IMG/VR virus record: IMGVR_UViG_3300036940_000563 | Location: 1-48,791 of that record | DNA: 48,791 bases | Reading direction: 5' to 3' (one strand) | Source: a virus | Lineage: Duplodnaviria; Caudoviricetes | Shown here: positions 39,374-48,703 of the stretch, piece by piece | Numbering within the stretch: the first letter of the stretch is position 1 | Layout of the letters: every line of letters starts with the position of its first letter | Notes under the pieces: model-generated | The model's database searches: none | Seen by the model: the letters and a program-made list of their open reading frames with translations, nothing else | Told to the model about the DNA's origin: nothing | Made by a program: the position numbers and the translations under genes

Positions 39374-40510
39374 TTACTCTTCAACTTTAAATTCTTTTTT
39401 AATTGCCTCCACAGCTTGGCGCTTATCGGTTTCAGATACGAGAGTCAGTTTGCCTTTAGGCTTTTCAACTAAGCTTCCAAGTATTTCTTTAAACTTCTTC
39501 TTGCCCATGAGTTTCTCCATCTCGGTGATGGTGATGAGACTTTGTTTGAAGATGTCTGTATATCCTGCTTCCTTTGCAGTTTCAGCAACTTCTGTTTCAT
39601 CAATGTACTTTCTTCTGGTTCTGCCTTCCACCAGTTTAAATCCATCCCACTCTCTTCCTTCATTGATAGCTAGGGCTGTAGCGTAGGTGTAGATATCACC
39701 TGCCCATTTAGCCAGTTCATCTGCCAGACCTATAATTTCAGCAATTTCTTCATCGGTTAGAAGTGCAGGGTCTTGAAACTCATATTTTAATAGTTCTAGG
39801 TTCTTGACTGACCTGGCCCTGCATTGGTTCTTTGCTCTACAAAACCTGCAGTGATCCCCGGCGCAGAACTCTCCACCGCCGGTACTGGCTAGTAATGCTT
39901 TAGGCTTTAGTTCTTCATCCGCCCATTTGAGAAGTTCTTCTACGGTTATCTCCCATGTTGAGAAATTGTCTACTCTAGGCTGAACAATAGCCATGGATAC
40001 TTTTTCAATTTCATATAACATGTCAAATAGTGATAAGGCTCCTAATGCATAAAGCATCATTTGAGGATTCTGTTCTGCCGATACGATAATTCCTCTTCCG
40101 TACTTCAGATCTACCACATGAAGGGTTCCATTACCTACCACCACCAGATCCCCGGTTCCATAGCCTTCTGGTACATAGTCACTAAAGTCCAGCTTTTGCT
40201 CAATTAAAATCTGAAGATCCTTGCAATTTTCTTTTGATTTTTCAATTAGCTCTAAACAGTACTCAACGTAAAGGTCTGTCATGTCATCCATCTCATCGGA
40301 ATGATAATGGCTTGTCGGCTTTTTTGACCTCATCTTTAGTGCCTTCTTCAGTTTGTGTTCAGCTAAATCATGGGCTGCTGTTCCTTCTTCTGCATAGGTG
40401 CTCGTCTCATTGGGAAACTGCTGTTCTAATTGAGCTGAAGGAGTACAGTTCATCCATCTGTGGGCTCCCGATGCCGAGTAGATAGAATGGGTGTTGTATG
40501 AACCACTCAT
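39374..40510 (-). CDS. DUF2800 Cas4-like PD-(D/E)xK nuclease
   Basis: HRWMNC, EGTAAH, GTGD, DLKYG, CRFC. Confidence 0.88.
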   Translation of the reverse strand: MSGSYNTHSIYSASGAHRWMNCTPSAQLEQQFPNETSTYAEEGTAAHDLAEHKLKKALKMRSKKPTSHYHSDEMDDMTDLYVEYCLELIEKSKENCKDLQILIEQKLDFSDYVPEGYGTGDLVVVGNGTLHVVDLKYGRGIIVSAEQNPQMMLYALGALSLFDMLYEIEKVSMAIVQPRVDNFSTWEITVEELLKWADEELKPKALLASTGGGEFCAGDHCRFCRAKNQCRARSVKNLELLKYEFQDPALLTDEEIAEIIGLADELAKWAGDIYTYATALAINEGREWDGFKLVEGRTRRKYIDETEVAETAKEAGYTDIFKQSLITITEMEKLMGKKKFKEILGSLVEKPKGKLTLVSETDKRQAVEAIKKEFKVEE

Positions 40511-40860
40511 TTAATCTCTCCTACTTCCTTTAATGCTGATGCGTAATGTTTAGGCTCTAGAGAAGATAGATTATTTGCACCATATTTTGTGATTATGGCT
40601 TTCACCTCTTCCCTGTGTCCGTCTCTGCTTTTATCTGCCATTGCAGCTCTGACTTCTTCTAGAGTCGGTTGTTTTTCTTCTGGTTCTTTAATTTCTTTTG
40701 CTTTTTCTTTAGTCTTTGCTTTTTTCTTAGCTCCTTCATCAGCGACCTCATTTGTCTTCACAAATTCATTGGTTTCCATAGCTTGAACTAATATTTCAAT
40801 GCTTTTAGCCAGGGATTTAAGATCGCTTACAACTTCTAATGCGAGTTTTATTTTACTCAT
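40507..40860 (-). CDS. Conserved hypothetical phage protein
   Basis: TLEEVRA...KYGANNLS; usual position before DUF2800. Confidence 0.75.
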   Translation of the reverse strand: MSKIKLALEVVSDLKSLAKSIEILVQAMETNEFVKTNEVADEGAKKKAKTKEKAKEIKEPEEKQPTLEEVRAAMADKSRDGHREEVKAIITKYGANNLSSLEPKHYASALKEVGEIK

Positions 40861-42073
40861 TATTCGATACTCCTTTCTTTTTTAAATATTCTGTAGTCAG
40901 TTCTTTTAAAATTGGAACCAAATCCTTCATCTCCCAGGGTGTATCCTTAAGTTCACCATCAAGGATCATCTTTTCTCTGCCAAAGTGACCATAGGTTGCA
41001 AACTGTTTATAGATAGGTCTTCTCAGTCCAAAGGATTTTATGATGGTTCCAGGTCTCATATCAATAAGAGTTTTGATAATCTCAGTTAAAACTTCATCAG
41101 GTAGTTTTCCGGTTCCAAAGGTGTCTATCTTGAAGGACACCGGCTCGGATATCCCAATAGCGTAAGACACCTGCACTTCGCATTCCTTAGCCAGACCTGC
41201 TGCCACAATGTTCTTTGCCATGTATCTGGAAAGATAAGCTCCTGATCTATCTACCTTTGTTGGATCCTTCCCAGAAAAAGCTCCACCGCCGTGACGTCCT
41301 TTGCTTCCGTATGTATCAACTATAATTTTTCTACCGGTTAAACCTGAATCTGCAGCCGGACCTCCTAGTACGAATCTTCCTGTTGGGTTGATCATCACCT
41401 TCGTGTTTTTTGTCATAAGCTCTTGCGGGATGACCTTTAAGATTATATGTTTCATCACATCTTCCCTGAGTTTTTTAATGTCTACGTCTTCAGTGTGTTG
41501 GGTAGACACCACTACTGCTTCAATGGATAAAGGCTTATGATCCTTTCCATATCCCAGGGATACTTGCGCTTTCCCATCCGGTTTAAGATAGATAAGTTCT
41601 CCTGTTTTTCTAGCTTCAGCCAATCTTTTGCATAGCTTGTGAGATAATATGGCCGTCAGAGGCATCAACTCATCTGTTTCATCAGTTGCATATCCAAACA
41701 TCATTCCTTGGTCTCCGGCACCAGTTTCTTCCTTATCAACACCTATTGCTATATCCGGTGACTGCTTGTTTATGGTTATAAGCATTCTGTAGAATTCACC
41801 ATCAGTTGATAGCTCATCCGCTCGATAACCGATGTCGTATATAATGTCTTTTATAACTTTCTTGTAGTCAATCCTCTTTTCTGTGCTGGTTTCTCCAAAT
41901 ACATGTATCAGTCCATCTGCAGCAGTTACTTCAATTGCTGTTCTTGCTTTCGGGTCTTCTCTTAGAATGGCATCCATTATTCCATCTGCTATTTGATCGC
42001 ACATTTTATCTGGATGGCCCTCTGTAACAGATTCAGAGGTGAATACATACGCAGGTTTGTCTTTTTCTTTCAT
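40853..42073 (-). CDS. metK: S-adenosylmethionine synthetase
   Basis: FTSESVTEGHPDK, GAGDQG, GGGAFSGKDPTKVDRS, YGHFGR. Confidence 0.97.
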   Translation of the reverse strand: MKEKDKPAYVFTSESVTEGHPDKMCDQIADGIMDAILREDPKARTAIEVTAADGLIHVFGETSTEKRIDYKKVIKDIIYDIGYRADELSTDGEFYRMLITINKQSPDIAIGVDKEETGAGDQGMMFGYATDETDELMPLTAILSHKLCKRLAEARKTGELIYLKPDGKAQVSLGYGKDHKPLSIEAVVVSTQHTEDVDIKKLREDVMKHIILKVIPQELMTKNTKVMINPTGRFVLGGPAADSGLTGRKIIVDTYGSKGRHGGGAFSGKDPTKVDRSGAYLSRYMAKNIVAAGLAKECEVQVSYAIGISEPVSFKIDTFGTGKLPDEVLTEIIKTLIDMRPGTIIKSFGLRRPIYKQFATYGHFGREKMILDGELKDTPWEMKDLVPILKELTTEYLKKKGVSNNE

Positions 42074-42247
42074 TTACTTGCTCCTTTCTTTTTCTTCTTT
42101 GTTTTCATCATCCTGATCATTACCAAGATCAATTATTCTACTTGCCAGTCTTTTAGATACGATGCTTATGGCAGTTAAAACTCCAATCATTTCATCTTGG
42201 ATTTCTTTGTTCGCATTCATTTCGTCTGCTCCTTTCTCTTGGATCAT
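42074..42247 (-). CDS. Small hypothetical protein (start 42247 or 42220)
   Basis: EMIGVLTAISIVSKRLA; RBS before both candidate ATGs. Confidence 0.6.
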   Translation of the reverse strand: MIQEKGADEMNANKEIQDEMIGVLTAISIVSKRLASRIIDLGNDQDDENKEEKERSK

Positions 42248-42277
42248 ATCCAAGCCACCTCCTTTGACTACTAACCT

Positions 42278-42319
42278 CTTCACTTATTAGCCAACGGCAA
42301 GGGTGGTTTGGTAACCAGA
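42278..42319 (-). promoter_or_regulatory. Putative phage-sigma promoter, copy 2
   Basis: TCTGGTTACC-12 nt-CCGTTGGCTAATAAGTGAAG. Confidence 0.65.
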
Positions 42320-42332
42320 TATTTCAATTTTT

Positions 42333-43031
42333 CTACATTCCTTTGATTAAAAGTCTGAAAGTTTCTCTTCCTTTAGGAGTAATAAGGGTTTGAGTTCCTA
42401 CCCATCCGGTTTTCTTGTTCTTTGTCTCTTTTATTTCAAAGAGTCCTATATTCTTATCAGCATAGGGTTTAAGATGACTCTTCCTATCTCGATATAAATA
42501 CTTCTTATTAAGTAGAAACTGTATGAACTTCTTCTCTTTAATCTTTAATTCTTTTGCTGTATCCCTGAAATTCGTGAGAAGATTTCTGTCAACAAGCTCA
42601 TCAAAGTACTCAGCTTTCGGTAACATAGTGGTATTGGATACAAGAAGTTGTGAATTTTCTCTTCTTAGCTGTTGTATTGTGATGTCTGCCATCTTCAATG
42701 CCCTGGACATAATCATCTCCGGAGTATTCCAAGCTTTCTCAATAGCAATAAAGTATTGACGCGCTTGTTTTCCTTTTTCTGTTCTTTGGATCATGCATAG
42801 CTCTTTTGCCATTGGAATGCTTAGTTGATGATCTGTAGATGGTCTTCCACCAGATTCATTAGTTTTACTCAATATTGAGTAAAAGTCGGTATTCTTTGAA
42901 AATCCATATTCACACATTCTTCTAAACCAATCATTGTATCTAGTCTCAACTTTTAGAAACTCATGTAATTCTCGACCTGATACTGTAGGCTCGTTTCTGT
43001 TGTAATCCACTTTTAATAATTCGTTCATCAA
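42333..43031 (-). CDS. Antirepressor (AntA/AntB plus KilAC)
   Basis: VSGRELHEFL, AKELCM, PKAEYFD, TLITPKGR. Confidence 0.9.
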   Translation of the reverse strand: MMNELLKVDYNRNEPTVSGRELHEFLKVETRYNDWFRRMCEYGFSKNTDFYSILSKTNESGGRPSTDHQLSIPMAKELCMIQRTEKGKQARQYFIAIEKAWNTPEMIMSRALKMADITIQQLRRENSQLLVSNTTMLPKAEYFDELVDRNLLTNFRDTAKELKIKEKKFIQFLLNKKYLYRDRKSHLKPYADKNIGLFEIKETKNKKTGWVGTQTLITPKGRETFRLLIKGM

Positions 43032-43068
43032 TAAATTACCTCGTATTATTTGATAGAGGAATAATCCC

Positions 43069-43110
43069 CTTCACTTACTAACCAACGGGGACCCCCTCTT
43101 GGTAACCAGA
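43069..43110 (-). promoter_or_regulatory. Putative phage-sigma promoter, copy 1
   Basis: TCTGGTTACC-12 nt-CCGTTGGTTAGTAAGTGAAG, directly after the sigma-like gene. Confidence 0.65.
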
Positions 43111-43114
43111 AAAT

Positions 43115-43552
43115 TTAAAAAAACTTTCTGAGTTTCGCTAAAACCTTGTCTCTTTGTTTTATGATAGCTACGTGTGATATATTTCTTTTATCTGCAGCAG
43201 CCCTAACCGTCATCTCTTTATAGAAAAGGTCGTTAACGAGCTCTTGCTCTTGCCTGTTCAGTTCTTTCATTGCTTCTTGAAGAATTAAAAGCATAGCATT
43301 GTCAACAACGACATCTTCAACAAGCTTTTCTTTTGATGCAAACTCTTTACCCGCATCTTTCAACCGTTGAAGAGAGTCTTCTTTGCTTGGCTTATAACCA
43401 ATTACTGCACCTGTTTCAGGGTCCAAAATGCTACTGCCGACCTTTACGTCTTGTTCCAGATATCTCTCCCGGCGCTTCATCTTGTAATATTCTTTGTGAA
43501 TTTCGTCTGATACTGGAACTTCTAATTTTCCAATTATTATCTCTTTTCTCAT
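43115..43552 (-). CDS. Sigma-70 region 4-type regulator (phage sigma-like factor)
   Basis: LNRQEQELVNDLFYKEMTVRAAA...ISHVAIIKQRDKVLAKLR. Confidence 0.8.
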   Translation of the reverse strand: MRKEIIIGKLEVPVSDEIHKEYYKMKRRERYLEQDVKVGSSILDPETGAVIGYKPSKEDSLQRLKDAGKEFASKEKLVEDVVVDNAMLLILQEAMKELNRQEQELVNDLFYKEMTVRAAADKRNISHVAIIKQRDKVLAKLRKFF

Positions 43553-43580
43553 AATCTTGACTCCTTTGGAATTTATTTTT

Positions 43581-43680
43581 AAAATCCGCGAGAGCCGCCG
43601 ATTTATCCGAAAGACAAAAGACGACAGTGGAACACCTTTAAAGGTATTTCGCACTGCCGTCTCACGGTCTCACGGATTTT
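43581..43680 (-). ncRNA. Candidate structured cis-regulatory RNA upstream of the sigma-like gene
   Basis: 13-bp outer stem AAAATCCGTGAGA/TCTCGCGGATTTT enclosing an 11-bp stem AGACGGCAGTG/CACTGTCGTCT plus a T-rich tract and a small hairpin. Confidence 0.6.
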
Positions 43681-43695
43681 ATTTACTTGTATTTC

Positions 43696-43851
43696 TTATA
43701 TTTCTGTATTCTTTAAGTTAATAATTTCTGTTTTTCCTTTTGCATCTACTCTTATTAATGTTATACAATCTTTTATTTTAATTTCTACTGTTCCTGTACT
43801 CTCGTCAATTCGACATACCAAGCGTCCATCAAGATTTCTTATTTCACTCAT
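43696..43851 (-). CDS. 51-aa protein missed by the ORF track (possibly Com-like)
   Basis: AGAAAGGAGG RBS; MSEIRNLDGRLVCRIDESTGTVEIKIKDCITLIRVDAKGKTEIINLKNTEI. Confidence 0.75.
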   Translation of the reverse strand: MSEIRNLDGRLVCRIDESTGTVEIKIKDCITLIRVDAKGKTEIINLKNTEI

Positions 43852-44063
43852 TGGCTTTTCCTCCTTTCTATAGATTTTTGTCGTTTTATAACTATTAGTA
43901 ATGATTTTTGTGTTTTAATAGATTAAATTTGTTAATTAATGTGATATAATATATTTGTTTACTTGTTTAGGTTTATCACTAATTAATAACATCTCTTACA
44001 CATTAATTATCTCAAGTTCGGCCTGTTTAAAATAGAGACAGGCATGGGACATGTGGTACAAAC

Positions 44064-44918
44064 GTGGTACAAATAGAAATCAGTTATTTTATGGGAGGGA
44101 ATTTGACATTGAATTTTTCCGAATTTTCAAAGAATCTATATAAGAAATTGAGTGGTCTTACCAGCCAAGCTAAGTTTATAGGTGCTCTCTTTCATGCTGC
44201 AGGTAGTAATTTCTTTGTATTAAACCCTGCCTATGGGACCGATGGGTATCAGAGAAAAGTCTTTAATGGCACTAGAGCACTGACCCAAGATATGAAGGAT
44301 AGTTTTCCTAAGCCTATTGATATAGAAGAACTTATGAATTTCTTTCAGACAAGAATTGGAGATAAAACTCTTCTAGAAATAATGGAAAACTTTGATATAC
44401 CTAAAAATGAACTGCAAGACAAAGAATTGCTTTGTAGAGCCTTGTGCACTCAATTTCAAAACATCGTGTCAGACGCCGCTGATGAAGTAGATAATATTGT
44501 TCCCTCTGAATATATTGGACTTCTGAGAGCCTCTGATATTGACGCCCCAAACAATGCTCCGTATTATTTCGAAGATGAGTTTCGTGTCATTAATGAAAGT
44601 CCAGAAGTTAAGCACACTCTCAGTATCTATAAAGACTTTGAGCATCAATGGACCGTTAAAAATACAGGAAAAGTTACTTGGGAGAATCGATACCTTGAAT
44701 GTATCAATCAATCTGATATTAGAATCAAAGCCAAAAGCAAGATCATCAAAATACCAACAGTTAAACCTGGAGATGAAATATGTTTAACGGCTGAATTCAA
44801 TAGCAGAGGGATTGAAGGTGACTATGACGCTTTATGGGAAATGAAAGATATTGATGGCAACTTATGCTTTCCAAATAAAGAAACACGACTAAGAGTTGTC
44901 GTTACCGTTTCTTACTGA
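44064..44918 (+). CDS. NBR1-Ig-like domain protein (true start probably TTG at 44103 or 44109)
   Basis: FEHQWTVKNTGKVTW...PTVKPGD...WEMKD..G..CFP. Confidence 0.75.
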   Translation: MVQIEISYFMGGNLTLNFSEFSKNLYKKLSGLTSQAKFIGALFHAAGSNFFVLNPAYGTDGYQRKVFNGTRALTQDMKDSFPKPIDIEELMNFFQTRIGDKTLLEIMENFDIPKNELQDKELLCRALCTQFQNIVSDAADEVDNIVPSEYIGLLRASDIDAPNNAPYYFEDEFRVINESPEVKHTLSIYKDFEHQWTVKNTGKVTWENRYLECINQSDIRIKAKSKIIKIPTVKPGDEICLTAEFNSRGIEGDYDALWEMKDIDGNLCFPNKETRLRVVVTVSY

Positions 44919-44944
44919 GATAAAAATAGATTGGAGGCGTGAAA

Positions 44945-45166
44945 ATGGATAAAAGTAATGCCATAGAAAAATGGTCAACTTTAAAGGAAATTCAAGAACA
45001 CTTAGGTGTTGGCAGAGAAACTGTTTTAAACTGGATATCATCAAGGAATATGCCTGCATATAAAGTAGGAAGACTTTGGAAATTTAAAATATCAGAAGTT
45101 GATAATTGGATTCGCTCTGGCGGAGCAGACAGTCGAAAAGAAACAAAAGGAAAGTCCGAATCTTAG
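44945..45166 (+). CDS. Excisionase-like HTH DNA-binding protein
   Basis: WSTLKEIQEHLGVGRETV..WI...MPAYKVGRLWKFKISEVDNW. Confidence 0.88.
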   Translation: MDKSNAIEKWSTLKEIQEHLGVGRETVLNWISSRNMPAYKVGRLWKFKISEVDNWIRSGGADSRKETKGKSES

Positions 45167-45186
45167 TAACACTCAATTGAACGGAG

Positions 45187-46122
45187 GTGGTGCAAATGCA
45201 TCAGTTGAACAAAACATTAAAAGAAGCCGGATTTGAAAATATTTTTACAGAAGTTAACCATTCGGAATCCTTGGGACTCGTCAACCCCCATCAATTACGA
45301 ATGTTCCATTTAGATATACGAAACAATACTTTTTCATTTGATGCATTGCACGACTTTCTATTAAAAAATATAGGACGTTATGTTTTTTCTCGTGCTCAAA
45401 TGGACCAATTTCGCTTAGATGATGATCTTGAAGTTGTTGGCGCAAAAGCAATTGGTCTGGTTAAAAATGCTTGTAATATGGATCCCGATTGGATGGGTGA
45501 AGAACTTGGTGACATCATGCTTTATGTATTTTTAGAGCAAATCTTAAATGCACCTAAGCTATTTAGCAAAATAGAATTGACCCAATTTGGCAATCAGCAC
45601 ACTAAAAATGGCGGTGGTGTTCATCTATTGCCTCTAGGTAATATGGGTGCTAGCCCTTCATATCAACTGATATTTGGAAAATCGAATGTCATCGGTGATA
45701 TTAAAAATGCCATTGATAACGCTTTTGACCATATTATTGCCATAAGAAATAACGTACCTAAAGAGCTACGAGTTGTTGAAAGTACCGTCTTTTCTCAAAC
45801 TTACGATCCTCAAACTGCTGATTTTCTCAAAGATATCATTATTCCTAGCAAAAAAAAGAACACCCCAGTAGATAAGGCGTTCGGTGTATTTCTTGGTTAT
45901 TCACTTGGTCTTAAGCCAAATAAACGTTCAACTGATGAATTTAGAACATTATTTACGAAAAAAATGGATGATGATATCAAAGCTCATGTTGCTTATATTG
46001 CCAATAAAATAAATACTGAAAAATTAGGTAATCATTCATTTTACTTTTATATTTTGCCTTTTAATGATGCTGATAATGAAAAACAAAGCATTATGAATAC
46101 TGTTCTAGGGGGAGGTTATTAA
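45187..46122 (+). CDS. hamA: HamA-like (DUF1837) protein (likely start ATG 45196)
   Basis: LGDIMLYVFLEQILNAPKLFSKIEL, GVH, GVFLGY, YILPF; 1 nt upstream of the helicase. Confidence 0.75.
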   Translation: MVQMHQLNKTLKEAGFENIFTEVNHSESLGLVNPHQLRMFHLDIRNNTFSFDALHDFLLKNIGRYVFSRAQMDQFRLDDDLEVVGAKAIGLVKNACNMDPDWMGEELGDIMLYVFLEQILNAPKLFSKIELTQFGNQHTKNGGGVHLLPLGNMGASPSYQLIFGKSNVIGDIKNAIDNAFDHIIAIRNNVPKELRVVESTVFSQTYDPQTADFLKDIIIPSKKKNTPVDKAFGVFLGYSLGLKPNKRSTDEFRTLFTKKMDDDIKAHVAYIANKINTEKLGNHSFYFYILPFNDADNEKQSIMNTVLGGGY

Positions 46123-46123
46123 G

Positions 46124-48703
46124 ATGGAGAATATAGATGGTGTTAAATTAGGTGCTGCCATATTTAGTGAAATTGACCAGAACCTCTATTTAAATGAATT
46201 GTATGATAATATCTTACATAACTACTCAATGAACCTATTTGGACTTAGAACTGATAGAAATAAGTCTATTGATATTGAAGATGCATTGCGTTTTGCTGAC
46301 ATTTTATCTAAATCCAATGACCCAATAAATTCTGACAGACACAAAATCATGGCTCAGGAAATTGTTGCACTGCTAAAAAACATCCATCCTGAAAATCCAA
46401 CTATTGATTTTTATTTAGAATCTGTACTATTAAGCACCGGTAACTATAGAGGTATGACATTAGTAGCCCCTAATCATAAGCATGGAACTTTAATGGATCG
46501 GTTTTATACTGAATTCAGTAAAGACTATATGCGTATTCCTGCTGCACCTGAATCTCAATTCTTTCGTTCTCAGAAGGCTGTCTATGACCGTTTAGATGAT
46601 TCATACTTCAGCTATTCCGGCCCGACATCAATGGGAAAATCCTTTATCATGCGTATGTTCATCAAAGAGCAGGTTATGAAAGGGATAAAGGCAAACTTTA
46701 CCATTCTAGTTCCAACTAAAGCACTTATTAATGAGGTATCTAGCAGTATCATCAATGATCTTAAAGAAATGCTTGCTGAACACAATTACAAGATAATTAC
46801 TTCTGCAGGCGCCTTGGCTCTACAAGAGGATCACAATTTCATTTTAGTTTTAACACCAGAGCGAATGCTCTATTTGATGATTAGTAATCCAAGTATTGGT
46901 ATCGATTATTTATTTGTTGATGAAGCACATAAAATTTCATCCAAAGACAGTCGCAGCCCATTTTACTATAAAGTGGTAGATATGTTGAATCAGCGAGAGA
47001 ACAAACCTCATATGATTTTTGCTTCACCAAATATTCCTAATCCTGAAGTTTACCTTAAACTAATACCGGATGCCCATTCTTTGTTTGAACAGAAATTGAC
47101 AACTACTTTTACTCCTGTAAGCCAGATGAAGTATTTTATTGATTTTCAAACCCAAAAAGTTCAAATGTTTAACAACTATAGCGGTGAATTCATGGAATTT
47201 TCATCTTTAAATGAAAAAGTCACTTTTAATAAATTAATCTCACATATCGGTAAAGGCCGCCAGAATATTATTTACTGTAATTCAATTGCCAAAGCTGTCA
47301 GATATGCCTGTGAATTTGCAAAAGGTAAGCCTAAACGTGCTGAAGAAGAACTTTTGACTTTAGCAAAGGATATTATGAATGAGGTTCATGGAGACTATTA
47401 TCTGGCAAATGTTATTTCAAAAGGTGTTGCCTATCACATTGGATACTTGCCATCTGCCATCCGTATGCGTATTGAAGAGCTATATCGAAGCGGTTTAATC
47501 CATACAATCTTTTCCACCAGTACTTTGGTAGAAGGGGTTAATCTCCCAGCGGATAATTTATTCATTACCCATTATAAAAACGGTCGCCCAGAGATGACCA
47601 TTGTAGACTTTAAGAATCTTGTTGGTCGCGTAGGAAGAATCGAATATAACCTCTTTGGAAATGTATTTCTTGTCCGCTTAGAAGAAAATGTAGAAGCGAA
47701 GAAATTCATAAAACTCATTCAAAGCGAAGTTCCTGACCAACTTTTATCCTTGGTAACAGAATTGAAAAAATCCCAAAAGAAAAAAATTGTTGCCTCTCTT
47801 TTAGAGGGTAAGATTGAATTTATTAAACAAAAGAATCAAACTTATGATCAGTTCGCCCTCATGCGAAAATTTGCTATGATTCTATTAAGAGATATTACCA
47901 GCGGTAATGACAGCTTAGTAAAGAAAGAATTTGCTCCTTTTTTAGATAAAGAAAAAGAAACAAGAATCCTTGAAGCCTTCAAAGACAAAAAAGAAAAACC
48001 CGATGATGACATTAATATTTCCCTTGACCAAGTACATAATCTGACATCAGCCATTGCCAAAGGGCTAAGGTATCCGAATCCCAATTCTAGTGGTAATATT
48101 GATTACACCGATTTAATGGCTTTTTTAGAAAAACTTAGTGAAATTTTCAAATGGGAAATCTACGAAAAGCAAACCCTTGGTCAGAAAAAGAATGGAAGAC
48201 ACGGAAAGTTAAGATGGTATGCTGTTATCTTGTCGCAATGGATGTCTGGAACTGGGTTAAGTTTTATCATACGCGAAGCAATTAAATATAAGCGTAACCA
48301 TCCTGAATCAGGAGTAAAAGATTATAGCTACAATTATGTAGATTATAATGATACCCTTGAACACCGAAATATAGTGATTTCAGAAACGTTAAAAGTCATT
48401 GAGCACGTTGTTCTCTTCAGCATTTCCAATTACTTTTTAAGATTTTCATCAGAGTATAAGCGATTTCATAATATTGAATCATTTCAAAATGACTGGTATG
48501 AATATGTTGAATATGGAACAACCAATCCTCTGTCTATAACCCTTCAACGGAATGGATTTTCTAGAGAGACATCGACATATATTAAAAGGCATCAAACTCA
48601 ATACGTTATTAGAATGGAAAACGGTGACATTAAACTCCGCCGAGCTCTTGCTGAATGCGACAACACAAGCGTCAGTAATGAAGTAGCGGTGTTTGTCAAG
48701 TAA
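46124..48703 (+). CDS. hamB: HamB-like Ski2/DEAH helicase
   Basis: GPTSMGKS, VPTKAL, TPER, DEAH, STSTLVEGVNLPA, GRVGR; paired with DUF1837. Confidence 0.85.
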   Translation: MENIDGVKLGAAIFSEIDQNLYLNELYDNILHNYSMNLFGLRTDRNKSIDIEDALRFADILSKSNDPINSDRHKIMAQEIVALLKNIHPENPTIDFYLESVLLSTGNYRGMTLVAPNHKHGTLMDRFYTEFSKDYMRIPAAPESQFFRSQKAVYDRLDDSYFSYSGPTSMGKSFIMRMFIKEQVMKGIKANFTILVPTKALINEVSSSIINDLKEMLAEHNYKIITSAGALALQEDHNFILVLTPERMLYLMISNPSIGIDYLFVDEAHKISSKDSRSPFYYKVVDMLNQRENKPHMIFASPNIPNPEVYLKLIPDAHSLFEQKLTTTFTPVSQMKYFIDFQTQKVQMFNNYSGEFMEFSSLNEKVTFNKLISHIGKGRQNIIYCNSIAKAVRYACEFAKGKPKRAEEELLTLAKDIMNEVHGDYYLANVISKGVAYHIGYLPSAIRMRIEELYRSGLIHTIFSTSTLVEGVNLPADNLFITHYKNGRPEMTIVDFKNLVGRVGRIEYNLFGNVFLVRLEENVEAKKFIKLIQSEVPDQLLSLVTELKKSQKKKIVASLLEGKIEFIKQKNQTYDQFALMRKFAMILLRDITSGNDSLVKKEFAPFLDKEKETRILEAFKDKKEKPDDDINISLDQVHNLTSAIAKGLRYPNPNSSGNIDYTDLMAFLEKLSEIFKWEIYEKQTLGQKKNGRHGKLRWYAVILSQWMSGTGLSFIIREAIKYKRNHPESGVKDYSYNYVDYNDTLEHRNIVISETLKVIEHVVLFSISNYFLRFSSEYKRFHNIESFQNDWYEYVEYGTTNPLSITLQRNGFSRETSTYIKRHQTQYVIRMENGDIKLRRALAECDNTSVSNEVAVFVK

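Larger units (their letters stand above)
83..43851 (-). mobile_element. Prophage (siphovirus, HK97-like head, cos packaging, PolA/SNF2/VapE replication module); extends beyond the left edge
   Basis: Co-oriented early, replication, packaging, head and tail genes in canonical order; att sites, integrase and lysis genes not seen. Confidence 0.95.

Noticed and set aside
42074-42330. SAM riboswitch upstream of metK
   Set aside because: No SAM-I or SMK consensus recognised; region is explained by a small ORF and the promoter repeat
44945-45166. True excisionase marking an att site
   Set aside because: No integrase or att repeat in the window; context fits a regulator
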